DNA of 64,000 bases, from contig OZ024747.1 in the NCBI GenBank assembly GCA_964016885.1, positions 72,354,001 to 72,418,000 of the forward strand. The letters are read 5' to 3'. How positions within the stretch are numbered: the first letter of the stretch is position 1; each line of letters opens with the position of its first letter. Under the pieces are notes generated by a model. The model was not told the DNA's origin. It ran no database searches and saw only the letters and a program-made list of their open reading frames with translations. A program made the position numbers and the translations under genes. Positions 1 through 14,202 of this stretch are shown here, piece by piece. Source of the DNA: Eledone cirrhosa. Lineage: Eukaryota.

Positions 1-200
1 CGCCGAGGTTAACTTTGCTTTTCATCCTTACGGGGTCGATAAAATAAAGTACCAGTAATACACTGGGTTATTGCTGGCCTTGTGCCTAAAGTAGAAACAA
101 ATGATTTCTGATTTAGGCACCCAGCCAACAATTTTTGGGAAGAGGTAAGTCGATTAAATCGAGGCCCAGTGCATTCCTGGTACTTTATTTTGTCGACCCC
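1..200 (+). mobile_element. tRNA-derived SINE 3' part plus adjoining inverted SINE fragment
   Basis: Contains CTTTCATCCTTACGGGGTCGATAAAATAAAGTACCAG...GTAGAAACA, matching the body and tail of the complete SINE copies at 20299 and 49594. Confidence 0.75.
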
Positions 201-299
201 TCAACATACACCCTCCCCTCACCCCCGCCACCACACTCACCCTCCAGCATCTGGGCCACTACAACGTCGACAAACATGGCCTCAATCAACGCCACAGCA

Positions 300-400
300 A
301 ACAACGTGACCAACACCACCATCACCACCACCACTACCACCACCACCACCACCACCACCACCACCAACACCAACACCACCACCATCACCACCACCACCAT
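300..400. repeat. (ACC)n-type trinucleotide microsatellite
   Basis: Run of accacc/accact/accatc triplets. Confidence 0.9.
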
Positions 401-529
401 ATATATTATAGTATATTCATGTCACGTCATGACCTGGCTTCCTCCGGTTAAAGATAATCTGCAACACAATATGCATACATATATATATACATACACACAC
501 ACACACTTGTACATATACATATATATATA

Positions 530-725
530 TATATGTGTGTTTGTGTCTATATTGTATCTGTATTATTTTTGACCGTCGGTCAGTTAATGGCAACATTGAG
601 GACCGAATAAATTAAATTAACTGATATAAAAGACACAGAAGCGAGAAGCGAAAACCAACCAAACAGTGAGTGTGTTCTGTTATTAATTCTGGCAATATTA
701 CACAAATATGACCCTCCCCAAGTAT

Positions 726-731
<6 letters not shown>
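530..731 (+). mobile_element. 3' terminal fragment of PLE family A
   Basis: Reverse complement of 1033-1225 and similar to 39295-39490; ends ...CCCCAAGTATAACAAT|(AT)n. Confidence 0.8.
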
Positions 732-803
<72 letters not shown>

Positions 804-842
804 GATATTAACAAATGGAAACTATATTTATAAAACCATATC

Positions 843-907
843 TATTTTATTATACATATTTCAAGGATACCATGTTAAATTATGGTATGCTTTCATCAGA
901 CAAAATA
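843..907 (-). ncRNA. Type I minimal hammerhead ribozyme in PLE-type terminus (family also at 17455 and 37003)
   Basis: Minus strand: tattttgt-CTGATGA-aagcatacc..ggtatcctt-GAAA-tatgta-TA-ataaaata; stems I, II and short III pair. Confidence 0.75.
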
Positions 908-1032
908 CAATATATACCAGTTTTATAAATAAATATTGACATACTCTTTCAAAATGCAACCGTTACTTTTGGAAGACATCAGGGATAGTGAATTTGTTTA
1001 TCTTAGTAAGTCGTTATATATATATATATATA

Positions 1033-2680
1033 TATTGTTATACTTGGAGAGGGTCATATTTGTGTAATATTGCCAGAATTAATAACACTTACTATTTGGT
1101 TGGTTTTCGCTTTTCGCTTCTGTGTCTTTTATATCGGTAATCTAATTTATTCGGTCCTCAATGTTGCCATTGACTGACCAACGGTCAAAAATAATGCAGA
1201 TACAATATAGACACAAACACAAATATATAGTTTATCAAAGTTCTTTCGTTGCACATCTGCAACATCGTCAGTGGTGCTATAGATTCCTCCCGTTGCATTG
1301 TATTTCTACGCCATCTTTATTTAGTCTGTTTATATATTTATTTAATTATTTCTTTGTTTGTTTATTTTATTTTATTTTGTCTTCTTTGCGCATGCGTTTG
1401 CGTGTGTGTATAGTGTTTTGTTTGATGTGTGTTCGTGATTGGGTGACTGTGTATTGGTTAATGTATTCCATGTTTACTAGTGTGTGTTTATATGTGTTTG
1501 TTGTTATTGTGCTTGTGTATGTATTTATTTATTTATTTATTTATTTATCTATTTATTTATTTATTTATTTATTTATACTTCTCTTAGGTCAGTGTTGTTT
1601 GTTTGGGTGTTGTTGTTATTCCATTCATTCTTTCTGTTTAGTCTTGGCCTTCTAAGTTCTATTTCATTGGCCTCTCTGATTTGCCTATCTGCTGGGTCAT
1701 TTCTATGTTTAGATATTATTCTAATTTCTATGTTGTCTATGTTACCGTCGTGTTGTTGTTTGGCATGTTCGTATAGTACTAACCCGTTTTTTCGTCCTGT
1801 TAGTTCCCCCCAGTGTTGGTCTATCCTTTCACCTATGCTACGAGCTGTCTCGCCTATGTATGTTGTTGTCATGTTTCTGCAAGTACCCTCTGTACATCTT
1901 ATGCTATAGACTACGTTTCTAGTTTTACAGTTTATCCGGGGGTTTACCTTACATATGATACATTTACTGTGGGTTTTCTTAAAAGGGTAGGTTTTGCTGA
2001 TCAGGGATTTTATGGTGGTTCCTGGCTTTTCTACCACCTTAATCTTTAAGTGGGTCTTTCTCAAGGTCTTTCTACACTGGTTAGCTAATTTCCCTCCAGG
2101 GGTAGCATCCACAAACATGACACTCTGGTATCTCTGGTTGTCGTACCATGAGGTGGCTTTCCCTATCTTATGTCTAGCCCTATCTAAGCTCTTCCAGGAT
2201 TTGCTCCTGTATAATGGGCAAATTCCTTTCATGTCCAGTTCTATGAGGGTCTTATACTTCTCCATGGCTCCTTCGTATACTCTGACTCTGTCTCTTTGGT
2301 TGTAGCCAGAGAACTGCATGCGGTTGATGAAGTGTTGGATGTGTCTTTCCATTTCTGTTGGGTCGCACATGCGGGACACATTCTTCGTCACTCGTACCAA
2401 ATCTGCGATCAGAATATTAAACTTAGCACTACTGGACATTGCTGAGTTTTGAGTATCAGGTATTTGGAGGCCATGGGTTTAGCATAGTGTGAGTGGAGAT
2501 TTGGGATCTCTCGTCTATAGTGTTAATCCAGAGTTCCGTGTCTAATACAGGTAGTCTATTGTTAGGGTGTTCTGTTATTAATTCTGGCAATATTACACAA
2601 ATATGACCCTCCCCAAGTATAACAATATTTGTTTCGACACACGATTTCATATAAAAAACCTCGCAAAACTAATTCATCGC

Positions 2681-2683
<3 letters not shown>
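1033..2683 (-). mobile_element. 5'-truncated Penelope-like element (family A) with inverted terminal segment
   Basis: Minus arm about 1033-2570 (RT thumb + GIY-YIG + 3' UTR with degenerate HHR CTGACGA..GAAA at about 1230-1280) joined to a plus-strand copy of its own 3' terminus (about 2567-2683); (TA)n on both sides. Confidence 0.85.
1573..2570 (-). pseudogene. PLE RT C-terminus/thumb + GIY-YIG endonuclease (frameshifted)
   Basis: LPVLDTELW, LIADLVRV, CIICK, NVVYSIRC...YIGETARS; clearly homologous to ORF 50203-52521. Confidence 0.9.
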
Positions 2684-2729
<46 letters not shown>

Positions 2730-2733
<4 letters not shown>

Positions 2734-2910
2734 AACGAGTAGGACCCCGACGGTTGAGCTCAAGCCGTTTCGACGGCTAATTCTGGACGAAACGGCTTGA
2801 GCTCAGCCGTCGGGGTCCTACTCGTTCCTATTACCCACTCTACTACCCTAAGTATTGAGTACTTTGGTGCGTTATGGTCCACCTGGTTCCTTACTACATT
2901 TCCTCCGTTA
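2730..2910. mobile_element. Short palindromic PLE/retrozyme-type insertion with 3' half of an HHR
   Basis: Inverted arms about 2730-2771 / 2788-2830; plus arm reads ggac-GAAA-cggct..agccg-TC-ggggtcc; both ends in (TA)n; same family at 16617-16915 and 24065-24175. Confidence 0.75.
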
Positions 2911-2981
2911 TATATATATATATATATCTATATATCTCTCTCTCTATATATATATACACATATATATATATATATATACAC

Positions 2982-3014
<33 letters not shown>

Positions 3015-3015
<1 letters not shown>

Positions 3016-3344
3016 ACCAGGAATGCACTGGGGATCGATTTAATCGACTTTCCTCTTCCCAAAAATTGTTGGCTGGGTGCCTAAATCAGAAATCATTATT
3101 ATTATTGGACTGGCAGAATCGGTAGACCGTCGGACACCCTGCTTCGCAGCATAGTGTTACGTCCCTTTATGTTCTGAGTTCAAATCCCGCCGAGGTTACC
3201 TTTGCCTATCGTCCTTACGGGGTCGATAAAATAATGTACCAGTAATACACTGGAATAATTGGTGGCCTTGTGCCAAAAGTAGAAACAATTATTTGGCAGT
3301 ATCGGTAGAGCGTCAGACGCCTTGCTTTGCAGCATAGAGTTACA

Positions 3345-3345
<1 letters not shown>
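3015..3345 (+). mobile_element. Cluster of tRNA-derived SINE copies
   Basis: A box TGGCAGAATCGG, B box GTTCAAATCC, body GGGGTCGATAAAATAA, tail GTAGAAACAATT; a second head at about 3294. Confidence 0.8.
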
Positions 3346-3404
<59 letters not shown>

Positions 3405-3409
<5 letters not shown>

Positions 3410-4058
3410 GAGTTATAAACTCAAATAGTCTTTTACAATTAAATAGCTCAAAGAAAGGAATATTTCCGAGCCGTGTAATACAAATGAATATCTGAGAGGG
3501 ATAAACACTGATACAAGTATACATGTGTTTGCATTGCAAATGACCAAGTTAGCTAGATTGAAAAATACTAATTAAAATAATACGGTTTGCCTGTCTCGAT
3601 TTAAAATAATAAATCAATAAAAACAAACCTATATTGGCAATAGCCGTGATACCTGGACAAATTTAAATTTTAAATTTTAAATTTGTTTCGCACCAATTAA
3701 GTGAAATTTCCTATTCCTGTGCTCTTCTGCAGGTATCCAGAAATTGGTAAGTTTCACTTCAAAGTACTTAGGAAGACTGAGATAAATGTGTTGTTGAACG
3801 CACATGTATCCCACCGTCTAGCACGTCCTATACTCGTGCCGCTAAAAATAGCAGCCGGTTTTATGGGACTAAATATTAGCTCAACGCATGGAGCCGAGAA
3901 TATTATATATAGAGTTATAAACTCAAATAGTCTTTTACAATTAAATAGCTCAACCGTATTATTTTAATTAGTATTTTTCAATCTAGCTAACTTGGTCATT
4001 TGCAATGCAAACACTTGTATACTTGTATCAGTGTTTATCCCTATCATATATTCATTTG
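3405..4058. mobile_element. 502 bp hammerhead-containing unit (about 1.1 copies) with inverted arm
   Basis: Direct repeat agttataaactcaaatagtc at 3411 and 3913 (period 502); 3952-4042 is the reverse complement of 3499-3588; (TA)n flanks. Confidence 0.8.
3648..3737 (-). ncRNA. Type I hammerhead ribozyme with U4A core change
   Basis: Minus: gatacctg-CAGAAGA-gcac..gtgc-GAAA-caaatttaaa..tttaaatttg-TC-caggtatc; 8 bp stem I, long stem III. Confidence 0.75.
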
Positions 4059-4394
4059 TATATATATATATATATATATTTAGAATTTTATAAAAAATTG
4101 AAGTGAAAACCAACAGGTGCGCATGTGTCATTATTGGCACCGTGACCCTCTTAAAGTATAACAATATTTATGTGTACAGGGGTGGTTGACTGGGAGGGCG
4201 AGGCATGCTACCCCCTAATAATGTTATGTTTCTCCCCAAACTACCAAAAGACATCTATTTGGTAGAGATGGATAGAGTGAGAGAGAATGAGTGTTTGGTG
4301 GTTATTGATATAGAGAGGGGGAGAGATTGATGTTTATTGATATACTGAGGGGTATTGGAAGAGAGTTCCGTGTAGTAGATATAAAGAGGGGTAA

Positions 4395-5531
4395 TGGGAG
4401 AGATTTCAGTGACTCTTTGTGTATATATCTTAGATTCTCGTTAGGTTTATGATACGGTTTAAAAGAGGCAGTAAGTAGATCAAGATTAATGTCAAGAAAG
4501 TTAGCATTGGTAAGGTTCGTATCTATAGTGATTTTAAAGTTAAGATTAGCAAAAATATTGATTAAATCTTTACGGAATTTATCAAGGTTATGGCCGTTGG
4601 AGGTATGAGAAACTGCCAATCAGTCGTCATGGTATAAACCGATATTATGGGAAGGAAATTTCTCTTTAAGGGTGTGGAGAAGGAATAATCCTAATAAGTC
4701 ACACACATCCGCACTGTCATATGAACCCATTGCAACATCGAAAGTGTTTTCAGGAATTGACTTTTTAACCTAAATACTTTCATTAGTAAAGAGTAGAGTT
4801 TTCCTAGCATGAAAAATAATGTCTTATTCTAATTTAGAAATATTAATGAAAGGTCTTGCAAAATCTAAGGCTTTATTTAATAAGGAAACAGTAATAGAGG
4901 GGTAAAAATCAACAATATCGAATTGGGTAAATCTACACTTATTTTTACCTTGTACATTATTAAACCAAGAAATAACAGATGATGTATTTAACCATTGTGA
5001 TAAATCAGTCTTAGTTCTAATTTGGAAAATTATTTTTCTTAAGATTTTTTTACTTGCAAGGCCAACTTCGGATTTAGCCGGGTTAATCAGTCTACAATTA
5101 GGTCGATTAGTAAAATCTAATTTATGATCTTTACGTTTAGCTAGGCTTTCAATCCGGTGGTCTATTTAAAAAAAACTAGCTAGTTCTTTAGCTTCATTAT
5201 TAATAGAATTGTAGGTGATATGGTTAGTTAATTGATATTTGTAGGTGATACTATTGGTTAAAAGTTAGTTATACAAAATGCTATTAACTTCAAAGAGATT
5301 TTTAGTTTTATCGGAAAGAACAAATGTGTTTGTAGAATTTTTAAAATAAGAGATATCGTTAGAAAGTTTAGTTTGAAAGTTATTGTTGTACTTACGAAAT
5401 TTGATATCACTAATTAAATTAACAAGGTCTAATTCGAAGTTGGCCATGTCTTTAATTCTAGGTGGGTAATTACGGGATTTTATGTCAAAACAATCATTTG
5501 TATCAGCACTGAATAGTCCATCGTAAACCAT
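4395..5531 (-). pseudogene. Decayed PLE reverse transcriptase (second lineage, Naiad-like, tentative)
   Basis: Minus-strand frames give SDKTKNLF, CRLINPAKSE, QFDIVDFYPSI, FDVAMGSYDSADVCDLLG, GLYHDD, NFLDINLDL; stops and frameshifts present. Confidence 0.8.
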
Positions 5532-5667
5532 TGCCTTCCATCTGTTATGGTGTTATATATTCTTATTTATTACCCCCCCCCACCCCCTTTGTTTTCTTCC
5601 AGCCTCACTTTCATATCTGTTATATTTTTGTTTTTCAAATCCACTGTCAATAAAAACACCAGGATTT

Positions 5668-5726
5668 TTTCATTCTGATGAATGAAAGCAACTTGGTTGC
5701 TTTCAAGAAACCACTGGTAAATGAAA
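5668..5726 (+). ncRNA. Type I hammerhead ribozyme
   Basis: tttcatt-CTGATGA-atgaaagcaac ttg gttgctttcaa-GAAA-ccactgg-TA-aatgaaa; lies on the strand opposite the adjacent PLE RT (divergent arrangement). Confidence 0.85.
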
Positions 5727-6582
5727 TAATTATCTTATGCTATTTATTACATAAGCTCTATAACTTACATAGAGCACTCTTTTTTCCTGGACCTTTCCGA
5801 CGGAATTACTTCATTCATACACATTTACACACACACACATATATATATAAGTAGAAGGGATATTTAATTTGTTGGAAGTCCGACAAATATAATGTGTTTA
5901 TAACTGATTTAGAGCACTCAACAAGTTACTGGAGTAAATATTCAATGATATTAAATAAATGTAAACTATATATAACACATTCTGTGACCTCTTTCAGTGA
6001 CTGGGGATTCTTTTCTTTGTTTTGTGCCTCATCTTTGTTCTGTCCTACACCATCTTGTTTTTGTGTGTTGAACACACACAAAAACAAGATGGCTAATTGT
6101 AGTCGATAGGTTCACATATCTTGAAAGTATTATCAGTTAGAATGGATCACATTTGATGCGGGAATCAATCAGAGGATTTACAATGTCAGAGAAAAGGCTA
6201 TGGGCAATGCACAGATCATGCGTGTGCATGTGTATGTGTGTGTGTGCGCGTGTGTGTGTGTGTGTATGTTCTTCTGGTTTTATAATTTTATAATTCTTAA
6301 GCAATAGAGAGAGAGTCGGTTTCTAGCAACGACACAAGACTCTCTCATTGGAATTTAAACATCAACAATGTAGATATTTATGCATGTCTTCATGCATGCG
6401 TAGGTGTGCAGGTATGGATGTTATTGTATGTGTGGATGTGGATGTTTTAAGTCATATCTTTTGAGTGTATATGCTTTGTATCAGTATATTTACACATTCA
6501 GTTATTACATGCAGAATTTGTCCCAAGGCTCTGATACCATCAACACTATAAACACAGAGCTGGCATATCTAAGAACTGACTA

Positions 6583-6638
6583 ACTGCCTGATGAGGTAAT
6601 AGCCATTCAATGGCTATCATCGAAATATATATAGCAGT
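6583..6638 (+). ncRNA. Type I minimal hammerhead ribozyme
   Basis: actgc-CTGATGA-ggtaatagcc attcaat ggctatcatc-GAAA-tatata-TA-gcagt. Confidence 0.8.
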
Positions 6639-7089
6639 AAATAAAGGATTATGAGTTCATGCAATTGACTTATGTTTCGTCACTATATATATATGAACTC
6701 GTGGAGTCAGTAATAGTCACACTTTGGATTAGCAGTTGAGCAAAAACCTGTTGATAAAGTGGCTTCCTTGTTCAATCATCTTACTAGAAGCCTAACATTT
6801 TTTATGTAAGCGGACAGTACTTGATTTAGGAGTCGCAGAAACCCAAATACTGGATTTTACCAACCTTCCAGGGGTCCGGGTAAATTTTCAATCACATATT
6901 TTTTTATTGTTTGACCCGAATTACTTGGTCGTTTCTTTGGCTGTGCGGATGTTTTGTTTAACCATCATCTCAATGTGTTTGGCCTTTAACGTATGTTGTA
7001 GCTCTGATTCATCTGAATCATCGAGCGCTTGCCACACATCTCGGAAGTTGTTTTTCGTTCATTCCTAAGCCGAAGTACGATTCTCGGTA

Positions 7090-7600
<511 letters not shown>

Positions 7601-7852
7601 TCGCGCCAAGAATTCATTCAAAATGGCTATGAATCGTGACGTAGTCGCGGTCAGGTTGGATTGGGTGTGGTAGTTGCTTACGGCTGGTGGCTTTTTTTGC
7701 TAGAAAGCACAGCACAATACAGCCAAATTTGTATCTCAACCTAATGGGAGATTATTGCATATAAAAGTTTACATATATACATATATATATATATACGTGT
7801 TTTGCAACGGGTCACATTGTGGCTCGATGAACATTTAATAAATTAAATAATT

Positions 7853-7891
<39 letters not shown>

Positions 7892-8197
7892 GGGCAAATG
7901 GAATGAGGTCAAATAAATGAAAACGGATACGAAGTTTCAAAAAAATTATTTTATTCAACAAAATATATATATATAATCTAGAAGTGCAAATATCTCACAT
8001 ATTTAACCTTGTTAGGCAAAATATTACCAATTAATGTCAGATGTATTGCGAAATATTCACAAGTTCATAAGTTGTGTTGCCCACACACATATTTAATACT
8101 AATTTACGAGATTCAGAATAATTTAACCATGCGGTGTTTCTCACGACTAAACGCAAAATATGTGTAAGTTTTTGTATATGAGGTAAGTATATATATA

Positions 8198-10240
8198 TAA
8201 AAACAAATAACGAAACGAAATTAAATTTCGTTTCGTTTGTAACTCACTTTTGTATGACTGACGCTTAAACAATTAAGTCAAAAATGTACATCCATATATG
8301 TATACTGAAATACTAGTATGCATATGAATACACACACGTATACATATGTAGATGTACCAAGTCTTTCACTGGTTACTTTACTGTAAGTATCCAGCTATTC
8401 TGTATGTAAACACACAGACAAACCGGTTTTTAGAGTCATACTGGTTTTTGAGGAAGCACCTTTCCTCTATTTTCCAGAAAGCCAGACAAGGAATATTGAA
8501 CTAGTTTCGTTGTTGTTACAACTCATCAGCAATATTTACCTATCTACCGGCCTTTCTGGAGAATCGTAAAAGCACATATCGTTATATGCTTTTTCTATGA
8601 AAATTAGTAGTGGGCAGACTAATCTGCATAGAGTATGAGTACGTACCGGTTCAACGGAGACGATAAAAACAAATAACGAAACGAAATTAAATTTCGTTTC
8701 GTTTGTAACTCACTTTTGTATGACTGACGCTTAAACAATTAAGTCAAAAATGTACATCCATATATGTATACTGAAATACTAGTATGCATATGAATACACA
8801 CACGTATACATATGTAGATGTACCAAGTCTTTCACTGGTTACTTTACTGTGAGTATCCAGCTATTCTGTATGTAAACACACAGACAAACCGGTTTTTAGA
8901 GTCATACTGGTTTTTGAGGAAACACCTTTCCTCTATTCTCCAGAAAGCCAGACAAGGAATATTGAACTAGTTTCGTTGTTGTTACAACTCATCAGCAATA
9001 TTTACCTATCTACCGGCCTTTCTGGAGAATCGTAAAAGCACATATCGTTATATGCTTTTTCTATGAAAATTAGTAGTGGGCAGACTAATCTGCATAGAGT
9101 GTGAGTACGTACCGGTTCAACGGAGACGATAAAAACAAATAACGAAACGAAATTAAATTTCGTTTCGTTTGTAACTCACTTTTGTATGACTGACGCTTAA
9201 ACAATTAAGTCAAAAATGTACATCCATATATGTATACTGAAATACTAGTATGCATATGAATACACACACGTATGCATATGAATACACACACGTATACATA
9301 TGTAGATGTACCAAGTCTTTCACTGGTTACTTTACTGTGAGTATCCAGCTATTCTGTATGTAAACACACAGACAAACCGGTTTTTAGAGTCATACTGGTT
9401 TTTGAGGAAACACCTTTCCTCTATTCTCCAGAAAGCCAGACAAGGAATATTGAACTAGTTTCGTTGTTGTTACAACTCATCAGCAATATTCACCTATCTA
9501 CCGGCCTTTCTGGAGAATCGTAAAAGTTCAATATTCAACTAGTTCAATATTCCTTGTCTGGCTTTCTGGAGAATAGAGGAAAGGTGTTTCCTCAAAAACC
9601 AGTATGACTCTAAAAACCGGTTTGTCTGTGTGTTTACATACAGAATAGCTGGATACTCACAGTAAAGTAACCAGTGAAAGACTTGGTACATCTACATATG
9701 TATACGTGTGTGTATTCATATGCATACTAGTATTTCAGTATACATATATGGATGTACATTTTTGACTTAATTGTTTAAGCGTCAGTCATACAAAAGTGAG
9801 TTACAAACGAAACTAAATTTAATTTCGTTTCGTTATTTGTTTTTATCGTCTCCGTTGAACCGGTACGTACTCACACTCTATGCAGATTAGTCTGCCCACT
9901 ACTAATTTTCATAGAAAAAGCATATAACGATATGTGCTTTTACGATTCTCCAGAAAGGCCGGTAGATAGGTAAATATTGCTGATGAGTTGTAACAACAAC
10001 GAAACTAGTTCAATATTCCTTGTCTGGCTTTCTGGAGAATAGAGGAAAGGTGTTTCCTCAAAAACCAGTATGACTCTAAAAACCGGTTTGTCTGTGTGTT
10101 TACATACAGAATAGCTGGATACTCACAGTAAATTAACCAGTGAAAGACTTGGTACATCTACATATGTATACGTGTGTGTATTCATATGCATACTAGTATT
10201 TCAGTATACATATATGGATGTACATTTTTGACTTAATTGT
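8198..10240. repeat. Palindromic tandem array of a 466 bp retrozyme-like unit
   Basis: aaataacgaaacg recurs at 8205, 8671, 9137 (about 2.8 copies, HHR on minus); inversion at about 9527-9537; about 1.5 inverted copies; TA runs at both ends. Confidence 0.92.
9973..10017 (+). ncRNA. Type I minimal hammerhead ribozyme of the 466 bp unit
   Basis: aatattg-CTGATGA-gttg taacaa caac-GAAA-ctag-TT-caatatt; palindromic stem III ACTAGT; repeated on the minus strand in each left-arm unit. Confidence 0.85.
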
Positions 10241-10251
10241 ATATATATATA

Positions 10252-10337
<86 letters not shown>

Positions 10338-10570
10338 CACATATACATATAGTGTATGTTAATCAGTGTATTACTGGTGGCGGTATCAAAATGACCACTG
10401 AATGCACAAGGTGAGTCTATATAAGTATATATGTATATATTCTTATACACATATATATATATATACATATATATACATATATATACACATATATAGATAT
10501 ATATTTATATACACACACATATATATATATATATACATACATATACACATATATAGATATATATTTATAT

Positions 10571-10600
<30 letters not shown>

Positions 10601-10602
<2 letters not shown>

Positions 10603-13600
10603 TAGAAATTGGAATAAATGCTCTGAAATAGCGATATATATGTGAATATAGACATAGAATATTCGAAAATATTCTGTATGTTTATAATAAACATTTTGAA
10701 GACCTAATCGCTATAGAATAGAATACGTCACGTATTACAATTAGATTCTCGATAAAAGCAAGGGAAGTAATCTACGCGTTTCATTCTCGTTAGAAATCAT
10801 CAGGACTACATATCCAGTGCTTTTATCGAGAATGACACAGCTAGAGACTTATAGAATACTTAGCTGTGTACAGGAACTGGTTTGAAAGAGCGGTTGCCGG
10901 TCCGGCAGAAATTAGAAATTGGAATAAATGCTCTGAAATAGCGATATATATGTGAATATAGACATAGAATATTCGAAAATATTCTGTATGTTTATAATAA
11001 ACATTTTGAAGACCTAATCGCTATAGAATAGAATACGTCACGTATTACAATTAGATTCTCGATAAAAGCAAGGGAAGTAATCTACGCGTTTCATTCTCGT
11101 TAGAAATCATCAGGACTACATATCCAGTGCTTTTATCGAGAATGACACAGCTAGAGACTTATAGAATACTTAGCTGTGTACAGGAACTGGTTTGAAAGAG
11201 CGGTTGCCGGTCCGGCAGAAATTAGAAATTGGAATAAATGCTCTGAAATAGCGATATATATGTGAATATAGACATAGAATATTCGAAAATATTCTGTATG
11301 TTTATAATAAACATTTTGAAGACCTAATCGCTATAGAATAGAATACGTCACGTATTACAATTAGATTCTCGATAAAAGCAAGGGAAGTAATCTACGCGTT
11401 TCATTCTCGTTAGAAATCATCAGGACTACATATCCAGTGCTTTTATCGAGAATGACACAGCTAGAGACTTATAGAATACTTAGCTGTGTACAGGAACTGG
11501 TTTGAAAGAGCGGTTGCCGGTCCGGCAGAAATTAGAAATTGGAATAAATGCTCTGAAATAGCGATATATATGTGAATATAGACATAGAATATTCGAAAAT
11601 ATTCTGTATGTTTATAATAAACATTTTGAAGACCTAATCGCTATAGAATAGAATACGTCACGTATTACAATTAGATTCTAACGAGAATGAAACGCGTAGA
11701 TTACTTCCCTTGCTTTTATCGAGAATCTAATTGTAATACGTGACGTATTCTATTCTATAGCGATTAGGTCTTCAAAATGTTTATTATAAACATACAGAAT
11801 ATTTTCGAATATTCTATGTCTATATTCACATATATATCGCTATTTCAGAGCATTTATTCCAATTTCTAATTTCTGCCGGACCGGCAACCGCTCTTTCAAA
11901 CCAGTTCCTGTACACAGCTAAGTATTCTATAAGTCTCTAGCTGTGTCATTCTCGATAAAAGCACTGGATATGTAGTCCTGATGATTTCTAACGAGAATGA
12001 AACGCGTAGATTACTTCCCTTGCTTTTATCGAGAATCTAATTGTAATACGTGACGTATTCTATTCTATAGCGATTAGGTCTTCAAAATGTTTATTATAAA
12101 CATACAGAATATTTTCGAATATTCTATGTCTATATTCACATATATATCGCTATTTCAGAGCATTTATTCCAATTTCTAATTTCTGCCGGACCGGCAACCG
12201 CTCTTTCAAACCAGTTCCTGTACACAGCTAAGTATTCTATAAGTCTCTAGCTGTGTCATTCTCGATAAAAGCACTGGATATGTAGTCCTGATGATTTCTA
12301 ACGAGAATGAAACGCGTAGATTACTTCCCTTGCTTTTATCGAGAATCTAATTGTAATACGTGACGTATTCTATTCTATAGCGATTAGGTCTTCAAAATGT
12401 TTATTATAAACATACAGAATATTTTCGAATATTCTATGTCTATATTCACATATATATCGCTATTTCAGAGCATTTATTCCAATTTCTAATTTCTGCCGGA
12501 CCGGCAACCGCTCTTTCAAACCAGTTCCTGTACACAGCTAAGTATTCTATAAGTCTCTAGCTGTGTCATTCTCGATAAAAGCACTGGATATGTAGTCCTG
12601 ATGATTTCTAACGAGAATGAAACGCGTAGATTACTTCCCTTGCTTTTATCGAGAATCTAATTGTAATACGTGACGTATTCTATTCTATAGCGATTAGGTC
12701 TTCAAAATGTTTATTATAAACATACAGAATATTTTCGAATATTCTATGTCTATATTCACATATATATCGCTATTTCAGAGCATTTATTCCAATTTCTAAT
12801 TTCTGCCGGACCGGCAACCGCTCTTTCAAACCAGTTCCTGTACACAGCTAAGTATTCTATAAGTCTCTAGCTGTGTCATTCTCGATAAAAGCACTGGATA
12901 TGTAGTCCTGATGATTTCTAACGAGAATGAAACGCGTAGATTACTTCCCTTGCTTTTATCGAGAATCTAATTGTAATACGTGACGTATTCTATTCTATAG
13001 CGATTAGGTCTTCAAAATGTTTATTATAAACATACAGAATATTTTCGAATATTCTATGTCTATATTCACATATATATCGCTATTTCAGAGCATTTATTCC
13101 AATTTCTAATTTCTGCCGGACCGGCAACCGCTCTTTCAAACCAGTTCCTGTACACAGCTAAGTATTCTATAAGTCTCTAGCTGTGTCATTCTCGATAAAA
13201 GCACTGGATATGTAGTCCTGATGATTTCTAACGAGAATGAAACGCGTAGATTACTTCCCTTGCTTTTATCGAGAATCTAATTGTAATACGTGACGTATTC
13301 TATTCTATAGCGATTAGGTCTTCAAAATGTTTATTATAAACATACAGAATATTTTCGAATATTCTATGTCTATATTCACATATATATCGCTATTTCAGAG
13401 CATTTATTCCAATTTCTAATTTCTGCCGGACCGGCAACCGCTCTTTCAAACCAGTTCCTGTACACAGCTAAGTATTCTATAAGTCTCTAGCTGTGTCATT
13501 CTCGATAAAAGCACTGGATATGTAGTCCTGATGATTTCTAACGAGAATGAAACGCGTAGATTACTTCCCTTGCTTTTATCGAGAATCTAATTGTAATACG

Positions 13601-13997
13601 TGACGTATTCTATTCTATAGCGATTAGGTCTTCAAAATGTTTATTATAAACATACAGAATATTTTCGAATATTCTATGTCTATATTCACATATATATCGC
13701 TATTTCAGAGCATTTATTCCAATTTCTAATTTCTGCCGGACCGGCAACCGCTCTTTCAAACCAGTTCCTGTACACAGCTAAGTATTCTATAAGTCTCTAG
13801 CTGTGTCATTCTCGATAAAAGCACTGGATATGTAGTCCTGATGATTTCTAACGAGAATGAAACGCGTAGATTACTTCCCTTGCTTTTATCGAGAATCTAA
13901 TTGTAATACGTGACGTATTCTATTCTATAGCGATTAGGTCTTCAAAATGTTTATTATAAACATACAGAATATTTTCGAATATTCTATGTCTATATTC

Positions 13998-13998
<1 letters not shown>
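10601..13998. repeat. Palindromic tandem array of a 310 bp retrozyme-like unit (about 3.5 + 7.5 copies)
   Basis: attagaaatt at 10601, 10911, 11221, 11531; inversion at TTCT microhomology 11676-11679; essentially identical units; (TA)n flanks. Confidence 0.95.
11949..12035 (+). ncRNA. Type I minimal hammerhead ribozyme of the 310 bp unit (one per unit)
   Basis: ttctcgataaaagca..gtagtc-CTGATGA-tttct aacg agaat-GAAA-cgcg-TA-gattac..tgcttttatcgagaa; extended stem I with internal loop; palindromic stem III ACGCGT. Confidence 0.88.
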
Positions 13999-14028
<30 letters not shown>

Positions 14029-14157
14029 CATATACATATATATACATATATATATATATATACATATATATACATATATATATATATATACATATATATA
14101 TACATATATATATATACATATATATACATATATATATACATATATATATATATATAC

Positions 14158-14202
<45 letters not shown>

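Noticed and set aside
10601-13998. CRISPR-like array or ordinary centromeric satellite
   Set aside because: No unique spacers or cas genes and eukaryotic context; each unit has a ribozyme, low copy number and insertion-type ends
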